Of a stretch of 29,173 bases of DNA, positions 1 to 8,597 are shown piece after piece. How positions within the stretch are numbered: the stretch's first letter is position 1; each line of letters opens with the position of its first letter. Source of the stretch: an uncultured Myxococcaceae bacterium (GTDB taxonomy: Bacteria; Myxococcota; Myxococcia; Myxococcales; Myxococcaceae); assembly GCA_964502265.1 (NCBI GenBank), contig CAZCWA010000004.1, positions 1,833 to 31,005 of the forward strand. Reading direction: 5' to 3'. The notes under the pieces are model-generated. The model had not been told where the DNA came from. It ran no database searches and saw nothing but the letters and a program-made list of their open reading frames with translations. The translations under genes and the position numbers were made by a program.

Positions 1-1106
1 GCGCCCGGCTTGAGCAGGTGGACGATCCGCGACTCGCCCTTCTTCGTGGTCGAAGGCAGCGCGATGATCGGCTTGCCGCCCTCGGAGAGCGAGGCGCCGC
101 GGATGAAGTCCATCTGCCCGCCCACGCCGGAGAACTGCTTCTCGCCGATCGAGTCCGCCACCACCTGGCCGGTGAGGTCCACCTCGATGGCGCTGTTGAT
201 GGCGGTGACCTTCGGGTTGCGGCGGATGACCGCGGTGTCGTTGACGAAGGCGATGTCCAGCATGGCCACCGACGGGTTGTCGTCCACGAAGTCGAAGAGC
301 CGGCGGGTGCCGTTGACGAAGCCCGCCACGATGCGCCCCGGCAGCACCACCTTGTTCTCGCCGGTGATGACGCCGCGCTCCACCAGGTCGAGCACGCCAT
401 CCGAGAACATCTCGGTGTGGATGCCGAGCTTGCGGTGATCCCTCAACGCCGCCAGCACCGCGTCCGGGATGGCGCCGATGCCCATCTGCAGCGTGGCCCC
501 GTCTTCGATCAGCGACGCGACGTGCCGTCCGATCGCCCGCTCCACCTCGCCGAGCACCGCCGGCTTGTGCTCCGGCAGCGGGATGTCCCCCTCCACCAGC
601 GCGTGGAGCTGGCTCACGTGCACCCGGCCATCACCGTGCGTCCGCGGCATGTACTTGTTCACCTGCGCGATCGTCCGCCGCGCCGTCTGCACCGCCGCCA
701 AAGACGCGTCCACCGACGTGCCCAAAGAGCAGTAGCCGTGCTTGTCCGGCGGCGAGACCGTCACCATCGCCACGTCGAGCGGGAGGATGTTGCGCCGGAA
801 GAGCAGCGGCACCTCGCTGAGGAACACCGGGAGGTAGTCCGCGCGGCCCGCCTGCACCGCCTCGCGCACGTTGCCGCCGACGAAGAAGTTGTTGGCGCGG
901 AAGGAGCCCTGGCACTCCTCCTTCGTGTAGGGCGCGGGCCCTTCCGTGTGGAGGTGGCAGATCTCCACGTTGCGCAGCGCCGGCGCGCGCGCGACCAGCG
1001 CCTGGATGAGGAGCTGCGGCGCGGCGGCCACGCTGTGGATGAAGACGCGGTTGCTGCTGGAGACGATGCCGACGGCCTGCTCGGCCGAGACGTAGGTGGT
1101 CTGCAT
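1..1106 (-). CDS. Acetyl-CoA hydrolase/transferase family protein (4-hydroxybutyrate CoA-transferase-like); 3' end runs off the window
   Basis: Manual translation from ATG at 1106: [25 protein letters not shown]...[13 protein letters not shown]...HLGIHTEM-like [12 protein letters not shown]...[14 protein letters not shown], typical family motifs. Not in the ORF track because no stop lies inside the window. Confidence 0.92.
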   Translation of the reverse strand, partial: MQTTYVSAEQAVGIVSSSNRVFIHSVAAAPQLLIQALVARAPALRNVEICHLHTEGPAPYTKEECQGSFRANNFFVGGNVREAVQAGRADYLPVFLSEVPLLFRRNILPLDVAMVTVSPPDKHGYCSLGTSVDASLAAVQTARRTIAQVNKYMPRTHGDGRVHVSQLHALVEGDIPLPEHKPAVLGEVERAIGRHVASLIEDGATLQMGIGAIPDAVLAALRDHRKLGIHTEMFSDGVLDLVERGVITGENKVVLPGRIVAGFVNGTRRLFDFVDDNPSVAMLDIAFVNDTAVIRRNPKVTAINSAIEVDLTGQVVADSIGEKQFSGVGGQMDFIRGASLSEGGKPIIALPSTTKKGESRIVHLLKPG

Positions 1107-1175
1107 AGGGGTCCGAACCTTCGGCAGCAACGGCGCATGCCGCAAGCGCGAAAGGGCCGCGCTATGAAGCAGCCG

Positions 1176-2552
1176 ATGATCGACGGGACGATGTACCTGC
1201 CTCTCGCGGCGGCGCTGGTGCTGGGCGCGGTGCTCGGCGCAGGAGGCGTGCTGCTGTGGGCATTGCGCGGGCGCATGCGCAGCGCGGAGCAACAGGCGCA
1301 GGCCGCGGGTGAGCGGGCGGAGCTGCGGGCGGAGCTCTCGGCGCGTTCGGCGGAGGTCGCGCGGCTGCTGGCAGAGCGGGACTCGGAGCGGGCGGAGTCG
1401 CGCGCGGAGGCGCAGGCGCTGCGGGCGGAGGTCCTGAGGCTCCGCGAGCAGGGCGCCTCGCTGACGGCGACGATGGCCGGCGAGCGGAAGGCCCAGGCGG
1501 AGAAGCTCGAGGCCTTGATGGCCGCGGAGGCGAGGCTGCGGGAGACCTTCGAGGCGCTCGCGTCCCAGGCGCTCCGGCAGAACAGCCAGCAGTTCGGCCT
1601 CATCGCCGAGCAGCGGGAGAAGGCGATCGACGCGCTGGTGAAGCCGGTGCAGGAGAAGCTCGCGCAGGTGGAGGGGACGCTGCAGGGCCTGGAGAAGGAG
1701 CGCACCGCGGCATACGCGGAGCTGCGCGCGCACCTCGAGCTGATGGCGCAGGCGCAGGAGGGCTTGCGCTCGGAGACGGGCAACCTGGTGAAGGCGCTGC
1801 GCCAGCCGCACGTGCGCGGGCGCTGGGGCGAAGTCCAGCTTCGGCGGGTGGTGGAGCTGGCGCAGATGGTCCCCCACTGCGACTTCGAGGAGCAGGCCCA
1901 GGTGGAGACGCCGGATGGCCGGCTGCGGCCCGACGCGCGGGTGAAGCTGCCCGGCGGCAAGAGCGTGATCATCGACGCCAAGGCCCCGATGAGCGCGTAC
2001 CTCGAGGCGCTGGAGGCGCAGGACGAGGCCACCCGCGAGCAGAAGCTGAAGGAGCACGCGCTGCAGCTCCGCGCGCACATCCAGAAGCTCTCGGCGAAGG
2101 CGTACTGGGATCAGTTCCACCCGAGCCCCGAGTTCGTGGTCCTCTTCCTCCCCGCGGAGAGCTTCTTCAGCACCGCGCTGCAGCAGGACCCCACGCTCCT
2201 CGAGATGGGGGTGGAGCAGCGGGTGCTGCCCGCGAGCCCGCTGACGCTGATCGCGCTGCTTCGTGCGGTCGCGTACGGCTGGCGGCAGGAGCGGATCGCC
2301 GAGAACGCGGAGCAGATGCGGCAGCTCGGCGCGGAGCTGCACGGACGGGTGCGCAGGCTCACCGAGCACGTGCTCAAGCTCGGCCGGTCGCTGAACGGCG
2401 CGGTGGAGTCGTACAACGCGGCGGTGGGCTCGCTGGAGAGCCGGGTGCTGGTGGCCGCGCGCAGGTTCGAGGAGCTCGGCGCCACCAGCGAGGAGAACGG
2501 GCTGCCGGAGGTCGGGCCCATCGAAGCGAGCGTGCGGTCCCTGAGCACCTGA
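1176..2552 (+). CDS. rmuC: DNA recombination protein RmuC family
   Basis: N-terminal TM helix, long coiled coil, then [35 protein letters not shown] and [10 protein letters not shown] motifs. Start uncertain (ATG at 1164, 1176 or 1191); the upstream part of ORF 18..2552 is antisense shadow. Confidence 0.93.
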   Translation: MIDGTMYLPLAAALVLGAVLGAGGVLLWALRGRMRSAEQQAQAAGERAELRAELSARSAEVARLLAERDSERAESRAEAQALRAEVLRLREQGASLTATMAGERKAQAEKLEALMAAEARLRETFEALASQALRQNSQQFGLIAEQREKAIDALVKPVQEKLAQVEGTLQGLEKERTAAYAELRAHLELMAQAQEGLRSETGNLVKALRQPHVRGRWGEVQLRRVVELAQMVPHCDFEEQAQVETPDGRLRPDARVKLPGGKSVIIDAKAPMSAYLEALEAQDEATREQKLKEHALQLRAHIQKLSAKAYWDQFHPSPEFVVLFLPAESFFSTALQQDPTLLEMGVEQRVLPASPLTLIALLRAVAYGWRQERIAENAEQMRQLGAELHGRVRRLTEHVLKLGRSLNGAVESYNAAVGSLESRVLVAARRFEELGATSEENGLPEVGPIEASVRSLST

Positions 2553-2553
2553 C

Positions 2554-2582
2554 TTGACGCCCCCGAACCCCGCGCGTAGAAG
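2554..2582 (+). promoter_or_regulatory. Putative sigma70-type promoter of the B12 uptake operon
   Basis: TTGACG (2554-2559), 17-nt spacer, TAGAAG (2577-2582). The predicted TSS (~2589) falls just before riboswitch P1. Confidence 0.6.
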
Positions 2583-2591
2583 CCGCCGCAC

Positions 2592-2859
2592 CGCCGGGTC
2601 GCCCATTTCGGGCGGTCCAAGAGGGAAGCCGGTTGAAGTCCGGCGCGGTCGAGCCACTGTGACCTGATGGTCCCGCGGAAGGGACCTGGCCACCTCCAGC
2701 AGTCGCCACTCCGGGCCGTTCGTCGGGGGAAGGTGGGAGGCGGTACCGACCCAGCGCGTCGTGCGCACCGGTCGGATCAGGAAGCCAGGAGACCTGCCCG
2801 GCGTGCGGCGGATTCGTCCGTCGCGAAGGCCTTCTCTCTTCTCGGAAGAGAGCGGAAGG
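2592..2859 (+). promoter_or_regulatory. Cobalamin (B12) riboswitch, long class-I type, with translational expression platform
   Basis: Core motifs AAGAGGGAAGCCGGTTGAAGTCCGGCGCGGTCGAGCCACTGT (2619-2660), GCCACT...GGGAAGG, and B12-box GAAGCCAGGAGACCTGCC (2781-2798). P1 CGCCGGG 2592-2598 pairs with 2797-2803; P7 CCTGAT/ATCAGG. Lies directly upstream of a TonB-dependent receptor. Confidence 0.95.
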
Positions 2860-2865
2860 CGAAGC

Positions 2866-4830
2866 ATGGTGCGGTCGTGTGCCGGGGCTTTGGCCCTGGG
2901 GCTCATCCTGGGCGTGTCCCTCCCGCGAGACGCGGACGCGGAGCCGAAGGCGCTCCCGCCCGTCACCGTCCCGCTCCCTCCGCCCCGTCCCGCGGACGCG
3001 CCCGAGTCCCCCACCCGCCGCGATCCCACCGGCGCGGTGACGGTGATCGAGGTCGCGCCCCTGCGCCGCGAAGCGCGGGTGGCCTCCGAGGTCATCGCCT
3101 CCGCGCCGGGCGTGGTGCTCCAGAGCCGCGGCGGCCTGCTCCAGACCTCGCAGCTCAACCTGCGCGGCGCGGCGTCCACCGGGGTGCTGGTGCTGCTCGA
3201 CGGCGTCCCCATCAACGGCGCGGGCGCGATGGTCGATCTCTCCCGCATCCCGCTCCCGCTGGTCGAGCGGGTGGAGGTCCTGCGCGGCGGCGGCGCGCGC
3301 CATGCGCCCGGCGGCATCGGCGGGGTGGTGAACCTCGTCACCCGGGCGCCGGAGGAGGGGCACGTCCGCGCAGCAGGCGGCGTGACCGCGGGCTCCTTCG
3401 GCACCGCGATGGCGCACGTGTCGGCCTCCTCCAACGTGCTCGGCGGACAGGGGCTCCTGCTCGTCCACGGCGCGCGCTCCGACGGCCGCTTCCCCTTCCT
3501 CCATGACCCTACGCCCTCGCTCGACGACGGCCGGTTCGAGGAGCGGCTGCGGCACAACAACGACGCGCAGCTCGGCGGCGCGATGGCGCGCTACCGGCGC
3601 ACGGTCCGCGGGGCGCTGCTCGATCTCTCGGTGGAGGGCGCCATCGATGGTCGCGGAATCGCCGGCACCGCGGCCAACCCCAGCCCGGACGCGCGGATGA
3701 GCGCCCGCCGCCTCAACGCCAGCGCGCGGACCCTCGTTCCGCTCGAGGCCGGCGAGTTCTCGGTGCGGGCGTGGGCGAGGCAGGACCAGAGCGCGATCAG
3801 CGGCGGCCACCACGGCCTCGGCACCGACTACCTGCAGCGCGAGCGCTCCTACGGGCTCGACCTCGAGGGGAGCGTGCTGCTCGGCGGCTCCCACGGGCTC
3901 ACCGCGGTGGCGCAGGTGGCCGGCGACACGCTGCGCGCGATGGGCAGCGCAGACCCCTCGTGGACCCGCGCGGGCGTGGGCGTGGCGGACGAGCTCCTCC
4001 TCTTCGGTGGCCGCGCCTCGCTGGTGCCGTCTTTGCGCGCGGACCTCACCGGACCCTTCTTCACCTTCTCGCCCAAGCTGGGGGCGCGGGTGGAGCTGCC
4101 GGCGGGCCTAGAGCTCCTCGCCAACGCAGGCCAGGCGCACCGGCCGCCCTCGTTCTCCGAGCTCTACGTGATGCAGGGCACGCTTCTGCCCAACGAGCAG
4201 CTCCGACCCGAGCGCGCGCTCTTCGCCGACGCCACCGTGGCCCACCGCACGTCCCGGACGCGGGTGGCGGTCACCGGCTTCGGCGCGCTCTACGAGGACC
4301 TCATCGCGTACGAGTACTACCCGCCGTTCCTCGTCAAGCCGTACAACTTCAACGCCGCGCAGGTGCACGGGCTCGAGGCCGAAGCCGAGGTCCGGCCCCA
4401 CCGCCTCGTGCGCGCGACGGCGGCGTACACGCTCACGCGCACCCGGAACCTCCGCGACGACCCGCGCTACTACCTGCGCGAGCTGCCCTACCGTCCGCGC
4501 CACCGGCTCGTCGCGCGCGTCACCGGCGGCCCCGAGTGGCTGCAGCTCCGCGCCGAAGCGGACGTGCAGTCGCGCCAGTTCACCAACCGCACCAACCGTC
4601 AGGAGCTGCCGGCGCGGGCCTTCGTCCACCTCGGCGCCACCGCGCGGGTGTGGAAGGCGCCGGACCTGCGGCTGGGCGTGGACGTGAAGAACGTGCTCGA
4701 CCACCGGGCCCAGGACTTCGACGGCTACCCGCTGCCGGGGCGCGCGCTCTTCGCGACGTTGAGCTTCGCGCTGGACCGCGCGGCGGCAGAGACACAACCA
4801 GAGCAGGACCCAGGAGGCGTTCCGGAATGA
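2866..4830 (+). CDS. btuB: TonB-dependent outer-membrane receptor, probable cobalamin transporter
   Basis: Signal peptide; plug motifs LRGAASTGVLVLLDGVPIN and IPLPLVERVEVLRGG..GIGGVVNLVT; C-terminal VKNVLD..GYPLPGRALF; downstream of the B12 riboswitch. ATG at 2866 follows SD-like GGAAGG. Confidence 0.9.
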   Translation: MVRSCAGALALGLILGVSLPRDADAEPKALPPVTVPLPPPRPADAPESPTRRDPTGAVTVIEVAPLRREARVASEVIASAPGVVLQSRGGLLQTSQLNLRGAASTGVLVLLDGVPINGAGAMVDLSRIPLPLVERVEVLRGGGARHAPGGIGGVVNLVTRAPEEGHVRAAGGVTAGSFGTAMAHVSASSNVLGGQGLLLVHGARSDGRFPFLHDPTPSLDDGRFEERLRHNNDAQLGGAMARYRRTVRGALLDLSVEGAIDGRGIAGTAANPSPDARMSARRLNASARTLVPLEAGEFSVRAWARQDQSAISGGHHGLGTDYLQRERSYGLDLEGSVLLGGSHGLTAVAQVAGDTLRAMGSADPSWTRAGVGVADELLLFGGRASLVPSLRADLTGPFFTFSPKLGARVELPAGLELLANAGQAHRPPSFSELYVMQGTLLPNEQLRPERALFADATVAHRTSRTRVAVTGFGALYEDLIAYEYYPPFLVKPYNFNAAQVHGLEAEAEVRPHRLVRATAAYTLTRTRNLRDDPRYYLRELPYRPRHRLVARVTGGPEWLQLRAEADVQSRQFTNRTNRQELPARAFVHLGATARVWKAPDLRLGVDVKNVLDHRAQDFDGYPLPGRALFATLSFALDRAAAETQPEQDPGGVPE

Positions 4831-6416
4831 TGAGCAGCAGGGTGTACCTGGCGCTGACAGCGGCAGGGATGATGGTGGCGTTGACCGGTTGTCCGGACCA
4901 GGGCGTGGTGTGCCGCGATGGCCTCGTCGCCTGCGGTGACGTCTGCGTGGACAGCAGCGCGGACAAGCTCAACTGCGGCGCGTGCGGCGTTGCGTGCGGA
5001 GGCGATCAGGTCTGCCAGAGCGGCGCGTGCACCTGCCCGCCGGACCGCGCCGAGTGCTTCGAGAGCCACGGCGTCTGCACCGACACGCAGAGCGACGCCG
5101 CCCACTGCGGCGCGTGTGGCAACGCCTGCGCCGAGGGCGAGGTCTGCGAGTCCGGCGCCTGCCGGATCACCTGCGAGGAGGCGGGCAACGAGGTCTGCGC
5201 CGGCGCCTGCGTGAACACCCAGAACAGCGCGCAGCACTGCGGCGGGTGCGGCAACGTCTGCCCGCAGGCGCAGTCCTGCATCGACGGCACCTGCCAGTTC
5301 GACCTGGTGCTCGCCTGCTACATCTCCGGCCACGTGCGCGGGATGCAGGCGGCGACGCTGGTGCAGGGCCCGCTGCATGACCTCGGCAGCTCGCCGCAGT
5401 CCCTCGTCCGCTACGGCTTCGACACGCTCCTGGCCATCGACGGCCTGGACAAGCTGCTCTACCAGACCTCGTGGCCGGGGCTGCAGGGGCGCCCGGCGAC
5501 CGCGGGGTTGGGTGACGTGCCCAACCACGTCTTCGTCGACGGCGAGTTCGTCTACGTCGTCAACTCCGGCACCTCGACGCTGCAGATCCTCCGGCCGATG
5601 GGCGAGGAGACCGCCGAGGGCATCACCTTCACCACCGTGGGCGAGTACCCCTTCGGCGGCAACACCTGGCCGCAGGTGGGCGTGAAGGTGGAGAACTCGA
5701 TCTACGTGACCCTGCTCGGCGGCTACGGCGTCGAGGAGTCCCTGCCCGGTCAGCGCGTGGTGGAGGTGGACGTGAGCGATCCGGCGAAGCCGGTCGCGGG
5801 CCGGAGCTGGGATCTCACCGGCCTCACCCAGCCCTTCATGACCGGCGGCGAGTCGCACCCGCGGCCCTCGGGGATCGCGCACCTGGACGGCTCGGTCTAC
5901 GTGGCGCTGAACAACGCCGACAGCTTCTATGGCACCGCCGGCCCGGCCGCGGTCGCGGTCATCCCGCTCGCCGCCGGCATGCCCACCGCCATCCCGCTGC
6001 CCGCGGACTCCTGCCGCACCGCCTCGTGGATCCGGACGAAGGGGGAGTCGGTGGTCGTCGCCTGCATGGGCCACGCGGACTACTCGATGTGGCCCACCGT
6101 GACCGTGGGCCAGGCCGGCGTGGCGCTGATCCAGGGCGGCGAGGTGAAGGACTCGGTGCTGCTCGCCTGCGCCGAGGGCGCCTCCCAGATGGAGTGCCCC
6201 GACCCGCTGCTCGGCCGCTTCGACATCGTGGGCGGGCGCGTCTTCGTGGGCGACCAGTCCGGCGGCCGGATCTTCGTGCTCGATCTCGATGAGACGGAGG
6301 GCAAGCTCAAGCCCGTGCGCACCCACTCCACCAGCGCCGGCCCGGTCGATGGCTGCCCGAAGGACATGAACGGCGTGGGCAACGTGTCCGACGTGCTGGG
6401 GATCGCCGCGCCGTGA
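4827..6416 (+). CDS. Lipoprotein with three Cys-rich repeats and a probable C-terminal beta-propeller (myxobacterial MXAN_6577-like Cys-rich type)
   Basis: AGGAGG SD at 4812-4817; ATGA overlap with the receptor stop; lipobox LTG-C; three CxD/N...N/H-CGxCGxxC...C..GxC repeats; then blade-like motifs (PNHVFVDGEFVYVVNSG, PSGIAHLDGSVYVALN, RVFVGDQSGGRIFVLD). Confidence 0.85.
   Translation: MMSSRVYLALTAAGMMVALTGCPDQGVVCRDGLVACGDVCVDSSADKLNCGACGVACGGDQVCQSGACTCPPDRAECFESHGVCTDTQSDAAHCGACGNACAEGEVCESGACRITCEEAGNEVCAGACVNTQNSAQHCGGCGNVCPQAQSCIDGTCQFDLVLACYISGHVRGMQAATLVQGPLHDLGSSPQSLVRYGFDTLLAIDGLDKLLYQTSWPGLQGRPATAGLGDVPNHVFVDGEFVYVVNSGTSTLQILRPMGEETAEGITFTTVGEYPFGGNTWPQVGVKVENSIYVTLLGGYGVEESLPGQRVVEVDVSDPAKPVAGRSWDLTGLTQPFMTGGESHPRPSGIAHLDGSVYVALNNADSFYGTAGPAAVAVIPLAAGMPTAIPLPADSCRTASWIRTKGESVVVACMGHADYSMWPTVTVGQAGVALIQGGEVKDSVLLACAEGASQMECPDPLLGRFDIVGGRVFVGDQSGGRIFVLDLDETEGKLKPVRTHSTSAGPVDGCPKDMNGVGNVSDVLGIAAP
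4932..5294 (+). repeat. Three tandem ~35-45-aa Cys-rich protein repeats
   Basis: CGDVCVDSSADKLNCGACGVACGGDQVCQSGAC / CFESHGVCTDTQSDAAHCGACGNACAEGEVCESGAC / CAGACVNTQNSAQHCGGCGNVCPQAQSCIDGTC. Confidence 0.9.
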
Positions 6417-7282
6417 GCCCCCGTCGGCGCTCCCTCGCGCTGGGCTTCGCGCTCCTGCTCTTCGCCGCTGCGGACGCCGCCGCAGACGGAGGAGGTCCCT
6501 TGCGCCTCGGGCCGAAGCCGCCGGCCTCACCGAAGCGCGTGGTGACGCTGGCGCCGTCCCTGACCGAGATGGTGCTGGCGGTGGGGGAGGGCGGGCGCAT
6601 CGTCGGCGTCTCGCGCTTCGACGAGAACCCGCAGGTGGCGAAGCTTGCGCGGGTGGGCGGCTTCATCGATCCGAGCGTGGAGGCGGTGATCGCCCTGCGT
6701 CCGGACCTCGTCCTCGTCCAGCCGGCGCCGGGCAACAAGCGGCCGGTGGAGAAGCTCGCCGAGCTGGGCATCCCGGTGCTCGCCCTCCCGCTGCACACCG
6801 TCACCGACACGCTCACCGCGCTGCGCGAGGTGGGCCGGGCGCTCGGCGTTCCCGAGCGGGGAGAGGCCCTCGCGGCCGAGGTGGAGGCGGCGCGCACCCG
6901 CGTCCGTCAACACACCCGCCAGCGCGCGGACGAGAAGCCCCGGCGGGTGCTCTTCGTCTACGAGTGGGAGCCGCTCATCGTCGCCGGCCCCGGCGCCTTC
7001 GCCTCGGAGCTTCTGGCGGACGCGGGCGTGGTCAACGTGGCCGCGCACGCGAAGACGCCCTACCCGGTGCTGGGCGTGGAGGCGGCGATCGCCGCGAGGC
7101 CGGACGTGGTGGTGGACGCCTCGCACGATCCCTCCCGCGCCGTGCGCCTGCGTTCGCTGCCGGGCCTGAAGGAGGCGCGGTGGATCCGTCTGCCCTCGCG
7201 CGACCTCATCCAGCCCGGTCCGCACCTGGGGCGCGGTCTCGAAGAGCTCGTCCGCCTGCTCGAAGGAAACGAGACGAAGTGA
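6413..7282 (+). CDS. btuF: ABC transporter periplasmic binding protein (BtuF/helical-backbone family)
   Basis: Signal peptide; RVVTLAPSLTEMVLAVG, VGVS and VEAVIALRPDLV motifs; GTGA overlap with the upstream stop; B12 operon context. Confidence 0.85.
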   Translation: MSPRRRSLALGFALLLFAAADAAADGGGPLRLGPKPPASPKRVVTLAPSLTEMVLAVGEGGRIVGVSRFDENPQVAKLARVGGFIDPSVEAVIALRPDLVLVQPAPGNKRPVEKLAELGIPVLALPLHTVTDTLTALREVGRALGVPERGEALAAEVEAARTRVRQHTRQRADEKPRRVLFVYEWEPLIVAGPGAFASELLADAGVVNVAAHAKTPYPVLGVEAAIAARPDVVVDASHDPSRAVRLRSLPGLKEARWIRLPSRDLIQPGPHLGRGLEELVRLLEGNETK

Positions 7283-8313
7283 GGCACGCGCCGCTCCACC
7301 TGCGCGCGCTGTGGGTGCTGGGGCTGCTGGCCCTGGTCGCCCTCGGCACCGGGCTGGTGGCGGCGGCGTACGGCGAGTACCCGCTCTCGCTCTCGCAGGC
7401 CTTCGCCGATCCGGAAGGCGAGCACGGCCGCATCTTCTTCGCCCTCCGGGTGCCGCGCGCGCTGCTGGCGCTGATCGTCGGCGCGGCGCTCGGGGCGTCC
7501 GGGTGCGTGCTGCAGGCGCTCCTGCGAAACCCGCTGGCGGATCCCTTCGTCCTCGGCGTCAGCGGCGGCGCCGCCCTGGGGGCCACCCTGGCGCTCGCCC
7601 TCGGTCTTGGCGCGGTAGGCGGGGTGTGGGGCGCCTTCTCCGCGCCGTCCTTCTTCGCCTTCGCCGGCTCGCTCGGGGCCACCGCCCTCGTCTTCGCGGC
7701 GGGCAAGGTCCGGGGCCGCACCACGCCCTACGCAGCCCTGCTCACCGGCGTCATCTTCAATGCCTTCGCGGCCGCGGCGATCACCTGCATCAAGACCCTC
7801 ACCGCGCCGGACCGCGTGGGCGAGATCCTCTACTGGCTGGCGGGCACGCTCGGCTACGAGCGCTACGGCACCCTCGCTGCCGCCGCCGCGCTTCAGGTCG
7901 TGGCCGTGGGCGTGATGTGGCGCAACGCGGCACGCCTCAACCTGCTCACCCTCGGCGACGAGGACGCGGCCACCCTCGGCGTCCCGGTGGAGCGCACCCG
8001 CGCGGTGCTGCTCCTGATGGCCTCGCTCTCGGTGGCGGGCGCGGTGGCGCTCTCCGGGCTGGTGGGCTTCGTGGGGCTCATCGTGCCGCACGTGCTCCGG
8101 CTCTGGCTCGGTCCGGACACGCGGCTGCTCCTGCCCGCCAGCGCGCTGGGCGGCGGCGCCTTCCTCGCCCTCTCGGACACGCTGGCGCGGCTGCTCTTCC
8201 CCGCCTTCAACGCCGAATTGCCGGTGGGCGTGGTCACCGCGCTGCTCGGCGGCCCCTTCTTCCTCGTCATGCTCCACCGCCGCGAGGCTGCGGCGCGGGC
8301 CACGCTCGGTTGA
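7279..8313 (+). CDS. btuC: FecCD/BtuC-family ABC permease
   Basis: LRVPRALLALIVGAALGASG, LLRNPLADPFVLGVSGGA, LGDEDAATLGV, SGLVGFVGLIVPH; GTG start overlapping the btuF stop. Confidence 0.9.
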   Translation: MRHAPLHLRALWVLGLLALVALGTGLVAAAYGEYPLSLSQAFADPEGEHGRIFFALRVPRALLALIVGAALGASGCVLQALLRNPLADPFVLGVSGGAALGATLALALGLGAVGGVWGAFSAPSFFAFAGSLGATALVFAAGKVRGRTTPYAALLTGVIFNAFAAAAITCIKTLTAPDRVGEILYWLAGTLGYERYGTLAAAAALQVVAVGVMWRNAARLNLLTLGDEDAATLGVPVERTRAVLLLMASLSVAGAVALSGLVGFVGLIVPHVLRLWLGPDTRLLLPASALGGGAFLALSDTLARLLFPAFNAELPVGVVTALLGGPFFLVMLHRREAAARATLG

Positions 8314-8385
8314 GCTGCGTGCACCCGGGCAGGCGTTGCTCCGGCCACGGGAAGTGGCGACGGTTGACGGGCGAAGGAGACGCGC

Positions 8386-8547
8386 ATGCCGACGGGATGG
8401 GACGACACAGTGCTGTTCGCGCAGGCCGGCGCCCTGGACGAGGGCGACGTGTGGTCCTTCCTCTTCGTGGCCGCCGCGTTCGCCACCGTGGTGCTGGTGG
8501 CCCGGCTCGCGCGCAACAACCGCCGCGGCCCGCCGATCCTGCCGTAG
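8386..8547 (+). CDS. Small (53 aa) single-pass membrane protein
   Basis: AAGGAGA SD at 8374-8380, ATG at 8386. MPTGWDDTVLFAQAGALDEGDVWSFLFVAAAFATVVLVARLARNNRRGPPILP*: acidic N-terminus, one hydrophobic helix, basic tail, GC3-rich codons. Absent from the ORF track (shorter than any ORF listed there). Confidence 0.65.
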   Translation: MPTGWDDTVLFAQAGALDEGDVWSFLFVAAAFATVVLVARLARNNRRGPPILP

Positions 8548-8597
8548 CGGTCAACCCCTTCGAGCGTGCGCGGCCTCGTGTAAGCTCCGTCACGCCC

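Noticed and set aside
4932-5294. CxxC motifs as c-type heme or metal sites
   Set aside because: His precedes rather than follows (HCGAC), so there is no CxxCH; a secreted lipoprotein context favours disulfides.
8364-8392. TTGACG as a -35 box before the micro-protein
   Set aside because: No -10-like hexamer at 16-18 nt spacing; that position falls inside the ORF start.
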